A stretch of DNA of 64,000 bases from Geosiphon pyriformis uo1 (lineage: Eukaryota > Fungi > Glomeromycota), in the NCBI GenBank assembly GCA_016748015.1, contig JAAOMT010000639.1, positions 190,689 to 254,688 of the forward strand. Direction: 5' to 3'. How positions within the stretch are numbered: the first letter of the stretch is position 1; every line of letters begins with the position of its first letter. Positions 15,361 to 30,744 of this stretch are shown one piece after another. Position numbers and translations under genes: made by a program. The notes beneath the pieces are model-generated. The model made no database searches. It had not been told where the DNA came from and worked only from the letters and a program-made list of their open reading frames with translations.

Positions 15361-18300
15361 TCACATTTTTTATTAATTTTAAATTAATTTTTTTATTTAA
15401 GTAATATTATTCCTCTCTTTTAGAATTAAGCTTCTGCAAAATTGTATGTATTTGTAAAAATTGGTTTTTTAGTATAATATTTAATTATTATGTCAAATAT
15501 TGCTTTTTGTAAATCTTTAAACTATAAATTTATTATTTATTTTATATTATTAATTGTAGTAATTTTTAGTAAATTGTCTAATAGCATAGCTAAATAATAT
15601 TTAAATATTGAATACAGTTTATATATTACTTTATAATATAGTGTTAAGTTGTTTTTTTTAACAAATTTTTTTATTTGTTTGAAAGCTTTTTTATTGAATA
15701 TTTGTTTATTAATATTTAAATATAATGTTTGTAGATTTAGTTTTTTACTAATTTTAAACAATTAATAAACTAAGAGAAATTTTTTTTTAATTTTTAAAGT
15801 TTTTTAGTATTTATTCTCTTGTATTTAACTCTATAGCTAATTGGTTTAAAACTTCTTTGATTTTTTTAAGCATATAAAACCACATATTTTTTTTTGATCA
15901 TTTATAAAAATAAAAATATTCAGTTTTAGTGGAATTCTTGACCATTTTTTTTATTTATATTTTTGTATTATATCTTTTTCTATTAATTATAATTTTTATT
16001 AGTATTGTGAATTGTTGAATTGTTTTAAATAATTGTTGTAAAAAGTTTAAGATTTTGTTTAAAAAGTTTATATTAAAAGTATTATTAACTTTTTTTTTGT
16101 TTTCTTAATATTTATATATTTATTTTATGTAATTTAAATTGTTATATATAAATTATATTCAATAATAATAATTGGTTTTAGATCTTATAATATATTTTTT
16201 GGTCTGATTAATAAAATTTATTTTTTTAATTAAGATATAAATAACAATAATTTTTGTGTTATATAATAGATTTTTAAATAATTTCTATATATAACTTTCT
16301 TTAAAATTCTGTTTTCTAATTATAATTTATAAGTTTTATTGCCTAAAACTTTGTGTATGTAAAATAGTCTATCTTATTTTGGGTCAATTTTTTATTTTAT
16401 TGTTTTTTAGCTTTAATATAATATAATAATACTTGGTCTTTAATCTTGAATTTAGCTGATTGGTTTAGTAAGCAATTATTATGTATTTTTTTATTATTTT
16501 TAAAAGTTATTAATGATTGTTTTCTAATGTTTTCATAAACTGGTATGTTTTTTGATACAAAATAACTTTAAAGTTTTTTTTAATAATTGTTTCTATTAGA
16601 AAAAAAAAATTTTTTAATTAATAGATAAGATGGTTTTTTTTTCTATAAATTAGTTTAAATAATATAAACTAAGTATTATTTTGCTTTAATATTCAATATA
16701 CAAATAATATTAAAAGTATAATAAGTCTTATTTTTGTGTATTTTCATAACTTATTTTTGCTAATGCTTTATATAATATTTAGTTAAATTATTCTATTAAT
16801 CTATTTGTTTAAAGATAATATAGTAATAATAATAACTGTTTTATTTCAAATTATTGATTCAATTTGACAAATATGCTATTAACAAAATGAGTTTTTTGTT
16901 TAAATAATAATTATTTTAAACATTTATGTTGACAAATCAGATCTTAATATACAAATTTGACTACTGTTTTAGTATCTGCTATTTGAATAGCTTTAGCTTT
17001 AAATCATTTAGTAAAATAATTTACAATTATAATAATATAGCAATTTTTTTTGGAGATAATTAAAAAAGAAAAATCCAACCAAATTGATTTTAATTCTATC
17101 AAATAAATTTTTAATTAGAATAAATTGAAGTGGTTTTGTTATTCTGGTTTTTTTTCTTTTTTGACAGAAATTACAATTAAAAATTTATTTGAAAATATTT
17201 TTATATATTCTTGGGCAATAGTATAAATTAATTGTTTTTTTTAAAATAGTATTTTGTTAAAGTATTTTACTTTCAGATTAAAGTACATGTTAAACAAAAC
17301 AATTTCTCTTTTATAACTTATTATAGTGTAATATGATTTTAGTATTCTTGACAATATAATTGGTTATTGTAAAAAAAATAGTTTTAAGCTTGTTTTTATA
17401 TAGCATTTTGTTTTTATTAAGATAATTTCTTTTTAAACTAAAGTGTTAATAGATATTAATATAATTATTAATAAATAGTTATATATATTAATTTAAGATT
17501 AAATTTGAATTATTTTTGATAAGCTGTTAATATTAATGTTTTTAGCTTCTTTTTTATAATGTATTTTGTATAAAAATTACTACAAATAAGTACTTTATTT
17601 TGTATATTTTTTTTTAAATTGTGGTTTGCTAAGTAATTAAATAAGTTTTTTGTAATTAATATATAAGTTAAATAGTTGGTAAAAGTAATATCTTTAGTTT
17701 TGTATAGTTTAGTAAATGGCAAAGCATTTTAAATTAATAGTATTGTATATTTTTTCAGTAGTATTAGTGTTATGACTAATATAAATAATTAAATATTCTT
17801 AATTATCAGATCTAATTTACAATAAAACAGCTTCTAATGCATTTTTTGAAATATTTATAACTATAATAAAGCATTTATTAAAGTTTAAATAAATTAAAAT
17901 TGGTGTTTCTATAAATTATTATTTGAGATAATTAAAAGTTTTTTGTTGACTAATCTTTTATATATATGAGACATATTTTGATAGTAAGTAATAGAAAGAT
18001 TTAACAATATTTTAGAAGTTTTTAACAAATTAACAGTAGTATTTGGCCAGTCTTATAAATCTTCTTAATTTTCGAAAGTTGGTTAAAACAGAAAAATTTT
18101 AATTTTTTAAACTTTGTTAAAGTTTACTTTTATTTTATTTTGCCAATTACATGTTTTAGGAATTTCAATTCGGTTTTTTCAAAGAAATATTTATAACAAT
18201 TAAATTTTAGTTCTAAATTTTAAAAATGATTAAAGACTTATTAAAAATAAAGCAAATAGTTATCAAAAGTTTTAAAAAATATATTGATATTATTTAAGTA

Positions 18301-21300
18301 TACTATAACTGATTTTCAAAAAATTTTCTTGTACACAAAATTTATAAGATATTAAAAAATAGCTGGAATATTACAAAATTCAAAAAGCATTATATTAAAT
18401 TCAAAATTTTTATCTTAAATAATAAATACTGTTTTTTTTTGTCTATAATATCTATCTTAACTTGTCAATATTTGCTGACTAAATCTAAGAATAAGAACCA
18501 TTTTTTATTTTTTAAATTATTCAGAACTTTTTGAATAAGAAGAGTTAAATAATTATTTTTTTAAGTAATATTATTAAGTTTGTAATAATTTATACAGAAA
18601 TAAAATTTTTTATATTTTTTGATAATCAACATAACCAGTAAGGATCAAAAGCTTAGTAATTTTTTGATTAATCTATTATCTAATATTTATTGTATTTTTT
18701 TTAATTAAGTTATTGTTATCTGAAATTACTTGATAAATTTGTTGTTTAATAGATCTAATATTTTTAATATTGATCTTATGTTTTACAATATTGGTACATC
18801 CGAATTTATTTTTGCTGATAAAAATATTAACATATTAGTTTAAAAAGACTTTAAATTGTATTTGCTGTAAGGTATTTAAATTTTTCAAGTTTAATTTATT
18901 GATTTTTTTGTAGTAAATAAATAGCTTTTTTTTAACAGATTTTATACTTGTAAAGTAAAGTTACAAAATAAAAACAGTTGTGTAAAGTTAGGAATAAATT
19001 AGAGTTTTTTAAAATTTTAAATATTCAAAAAAATAAAACCAATAAGAGTCTCTTTAAGAATTTTGATAATATTCTTAGTAAAATTGTAAATAAAAATTTT
19101 GAAATATTTGTAAGCTTTAACAGATATATATAAATTTATAATATTGGTTAAAGAACAAATTTTTAGTATTATTTCAAATAGTAAAGCTTAATTCTAGAAT
19201 TTTTGATTAATTTTTAAAATGTACTGTTAATATAAAAAAATAGAAATAATAGTATAAATATAAATAAATTTAACTTTATTATTAATATTTTTTACAAAAT
19301 TAACTTGTATATTTTCTCTTTTACTTAATCTAAATCTTTGAATTCCTCAAGTAATAAAACCTAATTTTTTTTACATAATTATTGAGATTAATTAAAAGAT
19401 TTTTATAATAAGTAAAAAATAGTTTGTGCAATTTTTTCTTAAGATTTAATTATATAAAGCTTATTGAAATTGTTTTAAAATATTACAATTATATTTCCAG
19501 TATATTTAGCATCAATTATTTTTTTTTAACATTAATATTTTTGTTTACAAACTAGCCTGAAATGCAATTTAAACTATGATACTAATAGAAATTTTTAAGC
19601 TAATTTTAAATATATTTTTATAGATAAATAGAATACTATAACTATAAGAAATTATTTAAAATACCTTAAATCAAATTTAGTATTATTTATATGTGCTTTT
19701 TTAAATCATATTTTTTCATTGTTGTTGTTATATTATTTTAGTTTTAATTTTTTAAAAAAATTGGAATAAGTAAGATACTATTTTATTTTGGTAGCCATAT
19801 TTAAATTTTAAAATATCATGTTTTTTGTTGTTAATATGTACTCTTTCTTAGATTTTTTAAGTTCAAAAATAAGATAAAGTATTTGTAAAAATAGATTAAA
19901 CAAAAGATCATATTCATTACAATATTAAAAATAACAAAAAATTAAACAATAATTACATATTTTTGTATTAAGATTGGCTAGTTTTTGTTTTTGTTCTTCT
20001 TAAATAGAAGAAAGTTTTTAATATTGGTCTTAAAATACTTTGGAGTTATTAAGAAATAAATTATCTATTTTTTTATAGTTACTGAAATATTTTTTATGAT
20101 ATATATTTTTTTAATTATTGTTACAGATAATTATTTAAAGTGTTAAAACAAATAACAAATCTGTAATTTGGTACTTAATAATTAATGATGCTGTAAAAAG
20201 TCTCTGAAAGTTTTGGATCTAAAAGTTTTGGTTAAGTTTTTTGTATAATGGACAGAAATTTACTTGGTAATTGTTTTTCCAAATTTTTTTCTTTAGCATA
20301 AAGACCAGTTTAATCTAATAGTCATGCTTTTTGGTAAGCTATTCTTAAATTTTCACTCTTGTTTTATGAGTTTTTTACCAAACTATCTTTGATGTTAATA
20401 TTTTAGTACTTAATTTTTTAATCAATTAGTACACAACATAAAAGAAAATAAAAAAAAATAAAAAAAAAAATTAAAAATTAATATTTTATTAATAGTTATA
20501 ATTAAAAGATATTGGTTTAGTATAATTAAATAGCAAATATTATTAACATAAGTTGCTAATTAAGTCGAAAAATAATAATGTTAATCTAATAAAACGAATA
20601 ACATAAATTAGATAATAAAACAATAATTTTATTTAACATTTAGATAATTCTATTTTAAGATATAGAAAACTATCTTTTAAAAAAAAAGATATATTATAAA
20701 TATTTATTATTAACTAACTAAAAATTTGTCTAAATGTAAATTGAATGAATTTTTAAAATTGAATATAAAAAATTAAATAAAAATAAAATACTTTTCTTAT
20801 TTTTGATATTATTATTATATATACATAATTTTTATTATATAAGATCTTATATATTTCTATTTTTTTTTATATTACTTTTTAAAACTGTGCTTATTTCTAA
20901 GCAATATGCTATAATTTCTTAAAAATGTGTTTATTTTTTGTAAATGTGTATATTTTTAATAATATGTTATAATTTTCTTAAAATATATTTATTTCTTGTA
21001 AATATGCATATTTTGAAAATATGTTTATATGTTAAATATTATTTTTCTATTAGTTTATTCTTATAATCTGTTTTTTCTATTTTTTTCTGTATTTTTTTTC
21101 TATAAGTAATATTATTTTCTCTTTTAATCTTAAATTCTGTCGAAATTTTTATTTTGAATTAACTTTATTACTTTTTTTTCTAATATTGTGTCAATTCTGG
21201 TTTTTAGGTTTTTAAATTAGAAGTTGGTTAGTTTTTCTTATTGGTTAACAATTATTGTTTCTATTTCTGAATACAATAATATTTCTGAATAATTCTAAAA

Positions 21301-24300
21301 TATAGCATATAATTGATAGATTATTAATATATAGTATAAAACTTGTTTTTTTTTCAATAAAGTTTTCAATTTGTTGTATTATTTGTTGATTAAATATTTT
21401 TTTGAATTTATTGATATACAATTCTTAAATATTCAACTTTTGTTCTAATTAATAATAGCAATATGTTCTTAAAAATTGTTCTATTTATAACTTTTAATTT
21501 TTTTAGTTAATTTTTCTGTTAGAACAATACTTAATATTTTTTCAAAAGTGTTTTTTATTTTTTCTATAATCTTATTTGATTAGTAATTTGGTTATTTTTG
21601 TGATTGCTAATATAAACTATTTTTTTTTTGCTTGTGTTTTTATAAAAAATTGTTTGGTAATTAATAGTTATTTCCATATTTAATTGTTGTTAATTTATTG
21701 TCTAAAATAATTGTTGTGCCAATATATAAATATGATCTGAGATTTCTATTTTTTTTGATTGCTTTTGTTATATGTATTGGTTTTTTATATATTATTCTGA
21801 TAGCTTAAATTGACATATTTGTTTTAATAACTATAATTGGTTCTAAATCTTATGAGATCTTATTTGGTTTAATTAGTATTTATTATATTTTTAGTTATAG
21901 AATATTATTAGTAAAAAATAATACTATATTGTAATATGGTTTCAGTTAATTACTATGTACTGCTTTGGCTAAGATTTTGTTGTTTCATCTTAACTTTTAT
22001 GCTCTATTTTTCAAAATTCTTTCAATATAAAATAGATTATTCTATTTAAGATCAAATTTTTTACTTTATTGTTTTTCTACTTTAATATAATGTAAAAATA
22101 TTTTGTTTCTAATTTTAAATTTAACTAGTTTATCTAATAGTTGATTATCATGTTGTTTTTTTTGATTTTTTGTAATTTTTGTATATTATTTACTTTTTTT
22201 CTTCTTTTATTTTCCAGTATTTCTATTAAGTAATAAGTTTTTTATAATAGTGTTTCTTGATAATTAGCTTTTGTTATTGGTTCTGTTAAATATGTGTAAA
22301 TATCTATTTTTATTAGTAGTATTGCTATTTTATTATATACTAATTCAAATAATATTGTTTATATGGTATTTTGTTTTATTGTCTAATAAGCAAATAATAT
22401 TAATAATATAAACAAATCTTATTTGTACTGGTTTTTTTGGCTGATTTTTGTTATTGTTTTATACAATATTCTATTAAACTTTTTGATTAAGCTATTGATT
22501 TATAAATAATATAAAGTTAATAATAATCTTTTGATTCTAAATTTTTAACTTAATTTTGTTAATATTCTGTTTATAAAGTGAGTTTTTTGATCTAATAACA
22601 ATTTTTAAATATCTATGTTAACAAATTAAATCTTAATATATGAATTTGGCTATAGATTTTGCATCTGCTTTTTAAATAACTTTAGTTTTTAGCCATTTTA
22701 TGAAATAGTTTATGATAATTACTATATATTAATTGCTTTTGCTGATTATTGTCAATAATCTAATTAAATTAATTTCAATTTAATCAAATAATTGTTCTAT
22801 TTTGATCAGTTTTAGTGGTTCATAAGATTTTGTTTCTCTTTTATTTTAATAAGCATCACAATTTTGAATATATTAAATGATGTTTAAATATATTAATGGC
22901 CAATAATATTTTTTTCTGGTTTTTTCTATGGTGGCTTTTTTATGAAAGTGTTTTGCTGTTAGATTTAAGTATATATTGAATAGTATTATTTCTTTTTTTG
23001 GTTCTGTAATAATTCTAAATGGCTGGTTTAATTTTTTTTGTTTTTTCAATATAATATATTTTAATAAATAATGAAGTATTTTAATTCTTGTTTTATGTTG
23101 TTTTGTTCTTTTTAAAATAATTTTTCCTTGAAATATTGGGTATTAATATAATATTAGAGTTGTTAATATTTTTGTATATTCATCTTTTAACTTATTTTTT
23201 TGGTTAAAAATATTTTAAATATGTTTTATACATAACAAACTATTAGTATTTCTATTTTTTTTTTTTTATAGTGTATTATATATTAAAATAGTGATAGTTT
23301 TATTTTTTATTTTACATATTAATTATTTTCAAATTTTTGTTTTTGAATTAATGTTAATTTTTTATGGTTAATATATATATCAAATTTTTAACTTAAGTAT
23401 TTTTTTTATTTAATAACAATTTAATAAATAACTAAATATTTTAATATTAAAGTTTTATGGTTCTTTTCAGTTGAACTTAAACTTTGGCTGGCATATATTA
23501 TTAGATGCTCTTATTTATCTAATTTTTTTATAATAACATAGCTCTTAATACTTGACTAAATACATTTATAATAATAATAAATAATTTGCTATAGTCTAAA
23601 TAGATTAATATTGAAGCTTAAATAAGCTTTTTTTGTAATATATTAAAAGCTTTTTGTTGTTTTTTTGTTTATTTATATTTGGTGTTTTTGGTTTAAAGCT
23701 AATAAAGTAGTTGAGTTAACTTAAAGAAATTGTAAATAAAGTGTTAATATTATTTGACAAATTTCAAAAATAATTAAAGTTCAGTAAAATTAGTAAATAA
23801 TAAAAGTTTTTAATTATTTTAATCTTATCTGGATTTATTTAATATTATTTTTGTTAATAACATGTTCTAAAAACTTGAGTTTTGTTTTTTAAAGAAGTAT
23901 TTAGTACTATTTAATTTTAATTCTGCTTGTCTTAATTTTTTAAACACTTATTAAAAATGATAAAAATAATTATTAAATGTTTTAGAAAATATATTAGTGT
24001 TATTTAAGTAGACTATTACTAATTTTTATAATAATCTAATATAAACAATTTTTATTAGCTATTGAAAAGTGGCTGGAATATTGGTTAGCCAAAAAACATA
24101 ACATTAAATTTAAAGTTCTTTCCTTTGATAGTAAATGCCATTTTTTTTTATTTGTTAAATTCATGGCTATTTGCTAGTAATTATTATCTAAATCTAATAT
24201 AAAAAGCTATTTTTTTTCTTAAATACATTAAATAATTTTTGAATTAGTGAAGTTAAATAATTGTTTTTATAAATAATATTATTAAGCTTTCTATAGTCTA

Positions 24301-25018
24301 CATAAAACTAAATTTTTTCCAAATAAGTATGATTGATAATAATTATAAACTCATTAATAGTTGAATTAATTTATTGTTCAATATATAGTTAATTTCTTGA
24401 TAAATAATCTTATGACTAGTAGATAGTATTTAGTATGCTTTTTGCTTAATTAGTATTATATTTTTAGTCTTAATCTAATGCTAAATAATATTAGTTTTGC
24501 CAAATTTATTATCACTTGCAAATATATTAGTGAAATTTTTAAGCAGTAACTTAATTTGCATGCATTAAAATAGGTTTAAATTTTCCAAGTTTATTTGCTT
24601 CAATTGTTTTTATTGTAGCAAATAGTATTTTTCTCATTTCTAGATTATTTATAATATAAAATTTATATATTTACACAGTTGTAGAAAGTCTAAAACAGTA
24701 ATAATTAATAGATTTTTGATTTTAGTATTTAAATATTCAATAATAATTTTAATTATTATTTCTATTAGATTTTTGGTTGTATTATAAATTGAAATTTAAA
24801 ATGTATTTATAATTTTTAGTTGGTAAATATAAATTGGTAATAGCAATCTTTTCTAATTCACAAATAGTAAATTCTGTTTCAAAAATCTGAAATTGATCTT
24901 TATTTTCTTTTTTATAGTTAATATATATTGATTATATAGCAAAAAAATTGGTTAATTAATAAAAATAATTTTTCTCTAATTAATTATTTTTTTTTGCCAT
25001 ATTGATTAATATTTTTAT

Positions 25019-26008
25019 TATTACTAAAAGTTTTTGGTCTTTTTTTTTAAATGTTATTATTGTCAGTTTGCTTATTAATTCATAATTATTGAAAACTAGT
25101 AAACCTCTAATAACTGAATTTATCTTTAAATTATCTCCTATAATTTAAACTGCTGGACTTATAAATAAAATAACCAATTTTGTGTCAATTACTTTGTATA
25201 GTTATATTGTAGTAAATATCAACTTTTTTTTAAGAATTGCTTATCTGGAAGTTTATTAAAAATGTGTAGTTATTTTGTTGTAAAAGTTAATTTTTTTACA
25301 GAAATTTTATTTATAAGCTACTCTAATAATTATAATAAAAAAATATAAAAAATATAAAAAAAATAGAATTTTGTTAAGAGAATCATTTTTTACTCAAGCC
25401 TAAAGTTACTAACAAATTACTAAAATTGGTAACTAGTCAATTTCAAAAAATGTTAGTTGGGTTTTAGAAAATTTCAAATGTAATTACTGAAAAAATAAGT
25501 TTTCAAAATGTATTTTATTTTTAAATTATACTAATAAAAAAAAATCTAAAGTAAAGTATCTATAATAAAATAATTCTAAGGAGACTAAAATAAGATAAAA
25601 TATATTTTCTTAAAGAAAAAAGCTCTTCTTTTATATTATTTATTATAATATTAATCTATAAACTTAAACTTTTCTTTTTGCTATAATTTTAATAAACTAA
25701 AGATATATTTTAATAAATTACAAATTATTTTATTAAACTATTAACTATTTTAGTGAACTATTTATTATTTTAACAAATTTCTACAAATTTTGGCGAATTT
25801 TTAAATATTAAATAGTTCAGAATATTATGTAATTTAATTATCCTAATTTTTATTTATACAAATTTATTTTTTTAATTAAATAGTAATATTCAATAATTTA
25901 ATTAAGTAATAAATGATAATTGAAATAATATTAATATATGCTAATTAATAATAAAAATTATAAGAGTAATTTTATGCTAATTTAAAGGCTAAAATTTAAT
26001 TGGTAATA
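25019..26008. mobile_element. Solo LTR of a different family inserted just after the dUTPase of C (TSD CCGT/TTAT)
   Basis: 990-bp block with TATTAC...GTAATA ends. Removing it restores FG(S)T...VNMAE continuity with 34937-34970. Flanks TTAT and CCGT differ only by C>T/G>A. Confidence 0.7.
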
Positions 26009-29000
26009 CCGTTTTTTTTGTTAATCCAAACTTATTGATCTTTTTTACTATTATTTCTAATTTTTTTCTTGTTTTTATCAATACTAATTGAGCTATTTTT
26101 ACTAAAAATAGAATATTGCCTATGCTATCTTTTATTTGATTTAATAGTATATGTTTTTTCTGAATTATTTTATAGTATTATAATAATATTTTCTATATTA
26201 ATTATTTCTCTTTTGATATTGATTTTCTTTTTTACTAAGCTAGATTTAAATATTAATTGAACTATTGTTGTTATCAAAATTTCTAGTACTATTTTTAAAT
26301 CTATACTAATATGCAAATAAAGTTTTATTGTAATCACAACTTTTCCAAAATATCTGAAATCAAATTTTGTATCAATATTATGTGCACATTTAAGCATAAT
26401 ATCTTTATTATTATTATTAAACTATTTAAATATTTGTTTTATAAAAAAATCTGAAAATGTGATATATTGTTTAGGATTTAAATTATTATTATTGTTATTG
26501 TTAATACTGTTAAAACTATTATTATTATTATTGTTGAAGTCTGAATTGCAATTAACTTTTAATTCTGATTTTACATACTTGCTAATTGGTTTTTTTTTAG
26601 AGATTGAATAGATCATATATGATAGTAGACTGTAAATAAGATCACAATTATCACAGTATTTAAAGTCACTAAGAATTAGACAATATTTGTAAAATTTAGT
26701 ATTTAATTATTTTAGTTTTTGCTTCTGTTCTTTTTTTATGAGTGCTAATTTTTGATAGTATTTATAAAATTGTTTTAAGTCACTTATAATATTAACAAAT
26801 ATATTCAGATTTAAGATAAAAACAGATTCAAAGAGTTTTAATGAGTTATTTTTAATTATTAATATCTTATTAGATAAAATAACTTTAATTTTGGCACTTA
26901 TTATTTTTCAGATTTTATTGTTGTTGTATAGATAATCATCTAAACATAAAAAAGCTGTTTTATACAGTGTCTATAAGCATTTTTTTATTTATTTAATTGT
27001 TAATAAAAATTGTGTATTGGCATAATTTGTTGTATGTTTTTCTACAATTAAAAATGTTATTTCATATTTTTTTATTAAGTAGAGTTTTTTCACAAGTAAA
27101 ACACAGTTTATTGTTCTATTTTTTTTGTTATTTTGGTCTTTCAAATTATTTTTAGTAACAGACTTTATAGTAGTAACAGATATGTGTTTTTTTAGTAATA
27201 TATAAGCTTTTATAGATAAAAGCTTTTTGTTATAATTCTTGTATTTAAGTAAGACATAAAGTGATTGTTGTTTTGGTTTTGGTATTAAGTATAAAACATA
27301 TCAATTATTAATTGTTTTATTTATGAAGATCATAATTTGTTTTTGTTTTTTTCTTTTTTTTTCTATGTAAGTATTGATAACAACTTATTGTGGTTTTTTT
27401 AGCTTATAAGACTTAGTATGCTTTTTAGATAGATTTTTTTTTAAACTTTATTAATAGTTATGTATTGATAATACTTTTAAAGTGGCTGTAGATAACTAGA
27501 ATTTAAATGTGCTAATTATTATAGTTAAGCTAAAGCTCTTAAATATTTTAGTAAGAACTACATTGGTTTTAGAAAGCCAGCTATTATTAATGAAAGCTTG
27601 GTATTGTATAGTTTTTATTATTAAAACTTTAATTAATATAATATTTCCATTAATTTCAAATAAGAAGTTATTAATTTTGTTAAGAAGAGTTTTTATTGCT
27701 TTATTAGCAGTAATAATTTTAATACTAGCAGTTTAATTAACTTGATAACTTAATTGGTTCATGAATTGTCATGTAATAATACTGTTTACTAAACCACTAT
27801 TAAAAATTAGCTTGATAAAATAGTCATCAACTTTAATATCAATATATATGACAGTAATTAATTTAACTTCAAAAGCAGTTTCATTAAATAATAGAGTTTT
27901 TACTGAGTTTTTAAGTTCAAAGAAAAAAATAGCAGCAAATAACTTATCTTTAATTATTATAACTGGTAAAATATTGTTAATAAGTAGTTACTCGATTTCT
28001 AAATTATTGAATAAGTTGTTTTTTAAAATAACTAAGAGACTTAAGTAGCTCTGTAAATTCGGATTTTAAATATATTTACTTTCTGAATTTTTTTTAACAC
28101 AATTCTAAGTGTTAGTTTGAAGTATTGAAGATTAGTTAATTTATAATTATTGCTGATCTCCAATTTGGTTAAATAATCTTTAGTTATTAGTTTTTGGCTG
28201 GCAATTGAACTAGATTTGGTAATAGTGCTTAAATTTGTAGAAGTTAATAGACTACTTATAACAATAGAGCTTAATAAATCATAAATGTTAATATCTAATA
28301 TATTAAAGATATATATAATAGCTAATGTATTATTAATGCATAATAAGATTAATATTGTTATGGTTCTAATAAACTACTAACATAATTTGGAATTTGAAAT
28401 TAATAATTGGAGTTTTTATATTGATTTCTTAATTATAAATTATTTATTTATAAATAACAATTTGCTTTAATATGTTTTTATTTGTGGCAATAGTAGCAAA
28501 TATGTGTTTTTTGCTACTATTATTGATTTGCTGTTAATAAAGATAATATTAGATACAATTGATTTTGAAACTAATTTGAGTTTTTTTAATTATTACAATA
28601 TTGAAAAATTTGATAAATTGCTAAGTTATTAATTAAGTATTTCTTAATCTTTTGATTAATTGCTTTACCAAATTGTTTCAATTTAGTATTTAATTTAAAT
28701 GATTTATTTATTACTAGATTTATGGCTTAAACATAATTGGTTTTAAGCTTAGTTAATTTAAAATCTTTGGTATAAGTAACTGTATTTTAAAAAGTGTTTG
28801 GATGTAATAAATATACTTATTACAACAAACTGCTGTATAATCCACAAATAAATTGGTTCAAAATTTGTAATACTATAAAGTAATTAATGTTAATAGCTTG
28901 TATTTAGTATAGATTTTGATAATGTTATTCATAAAATATAGGAATTAAATATTAGTACATAAATTAGCCAATCAGAATAGACATAGTAAAAGTGGAATTC

Positions 29001-30681
29001 TAGGATTTTTTTCAGAGAAATTGCAGAATTGCAGAATTACAGAATTTCTGGAATTCCAGAATTTCTGGCTAAAGAATTGAGAAATTCAAAGAATCTTGTA
29101 CAATGAAATTTATGTATATATAGCAGTAGTATCAGAAGTTAAAAAATTAGTCAAAAAGGCTTTCAAAATCAGTAAGACTCTCAGAGTCAATTAGACTTAC
29201 AAGTCATAATTATTAAAATTTCCAAGACTCTTTAGTTTAGATTTGATTTAAGCAACCTTTCTATTTACAAATATCAATAAATAATTATTCACTATCTCAA
29301 TCCATTCTTCATTATCAACACTTTATGTTGATAGTAACTGATACTTAATCACATTAGAACAATAGCTCTTGATTATGGCTATTGATGGGATACTAACATT
29401 TATTGTCTTGGCTTATTTTTTTATTGTCTTTATTTTTTTTATTTTTTTTTATTTTATTTTTTTATTTTATTTTATTTTATTTTCTGTCTTTGTTTATTTT
29501 AATTACTAACTTGATTAAAAAGATTAACATGCAAAGGTACTAATGTCAGAATATAGCACTGATAAAAGACCCAGAAATAAGAGTAGACACTCAAATTTAA
29601 GGATAGTTTACCAAGAGATTGCTGGCCACCATGCTGAGAAAAAAAATTTGACAGAATTGCAGTTCTAAGAAGCTACAGATAAAACAACTAGTGAATCTCT
29701 GTCTATTATACAAAGAATTCAACCAAAACCTTCAGATTATAGAAACCTTCAGATAACCAAAACTTTCAAATTACAAAAACCTTTAGATACCAAAATCTTC
29801 AGAAATCACTCACCAAATTACTTAAAAGTTAACTGTAACATTTGGTGCTTCCTGTTGTTACTTGAAAAAAGAAAGCCTATCAAAAAAAGAAAAAAAAACA
29901 TGACCTAAAAAAAAATGTAACAAAATGTAAAGAAATACAGAATAATATGTAATAACATCAGATAACGTATTATAACATAGGATAATTAGTTATAATATAA
30001 AAAAACGAAGTAATAGTTAGCAAGAACAGACAATCCAAAGCAATTTTGTAAAATTAGAAAATACATATATATAACAATAGCATTAGAAGCAGAAAAGACA
30101 AAATCACCAGACAGAAATTTATTAGTTACTATTCCCCAGTTAGAAACCATATCATTCCAAAATATCAATAAATATACTTATTTAATATCTCAAATCCAAT
30201 TGTTTGCTATCAACTCTAAATGTTGATAGTAATTGATACTTAAAACACTCGGAAACAATAGCCCTTGATTATGGCTATTGATAGAATATTAACTTATATT
30301 GCCTTGACTTATTGTCTTTATTTGTCTTTATCTCTTTATTTTTGCTTTATTTTGTTGTGTATACTAATTGATTGAGGATTAAGTGCTAAGTATTAATGTT
30401 AAAAATTGTCTAGTAAAAGACTCCTGCAAGTGAGTAGAATGCATAAAAATTACAAATTGCTTATTAGAAGATTGCTAACCACCATGCTGAGAAAAAATTG
30501 ACAAAATTGTAATTTTGGGAAGCTATGAATAAAATAACACGAGAATCTCTGTCTATTATACAAAAAACTCTAATCAAAACCTTCAGATTAAAACATCTTC
30601 AAACATTACTAATGTCATCAATTGAACATTAAGTTATGGATTTGTTATTTGCTTTGAGACTCCAAATAATTACTTATAATA

Positions 30682-30700
30682 TTTGATGCTCTCTGTGAAG
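30682..30700 (+). promoter_or_regulatory. Primer-binding site, consensus TTTGGTGCTTCCTGTGA(G/A)G; 3' end looks like elongator tRNA-Met or tRNA-Ile(UAU)
   Basis: Follows the 5' LTR. Its complement reads CTCACAGGAAGCA-CCA. Same motif in B, C, D, E and F. tRNA identity is inferred. Confidence 0.75.
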
Positions 30701-30744
30701 TATAATCTTACAGAAAATCAGCACCAATACACAACCATCCAAAA

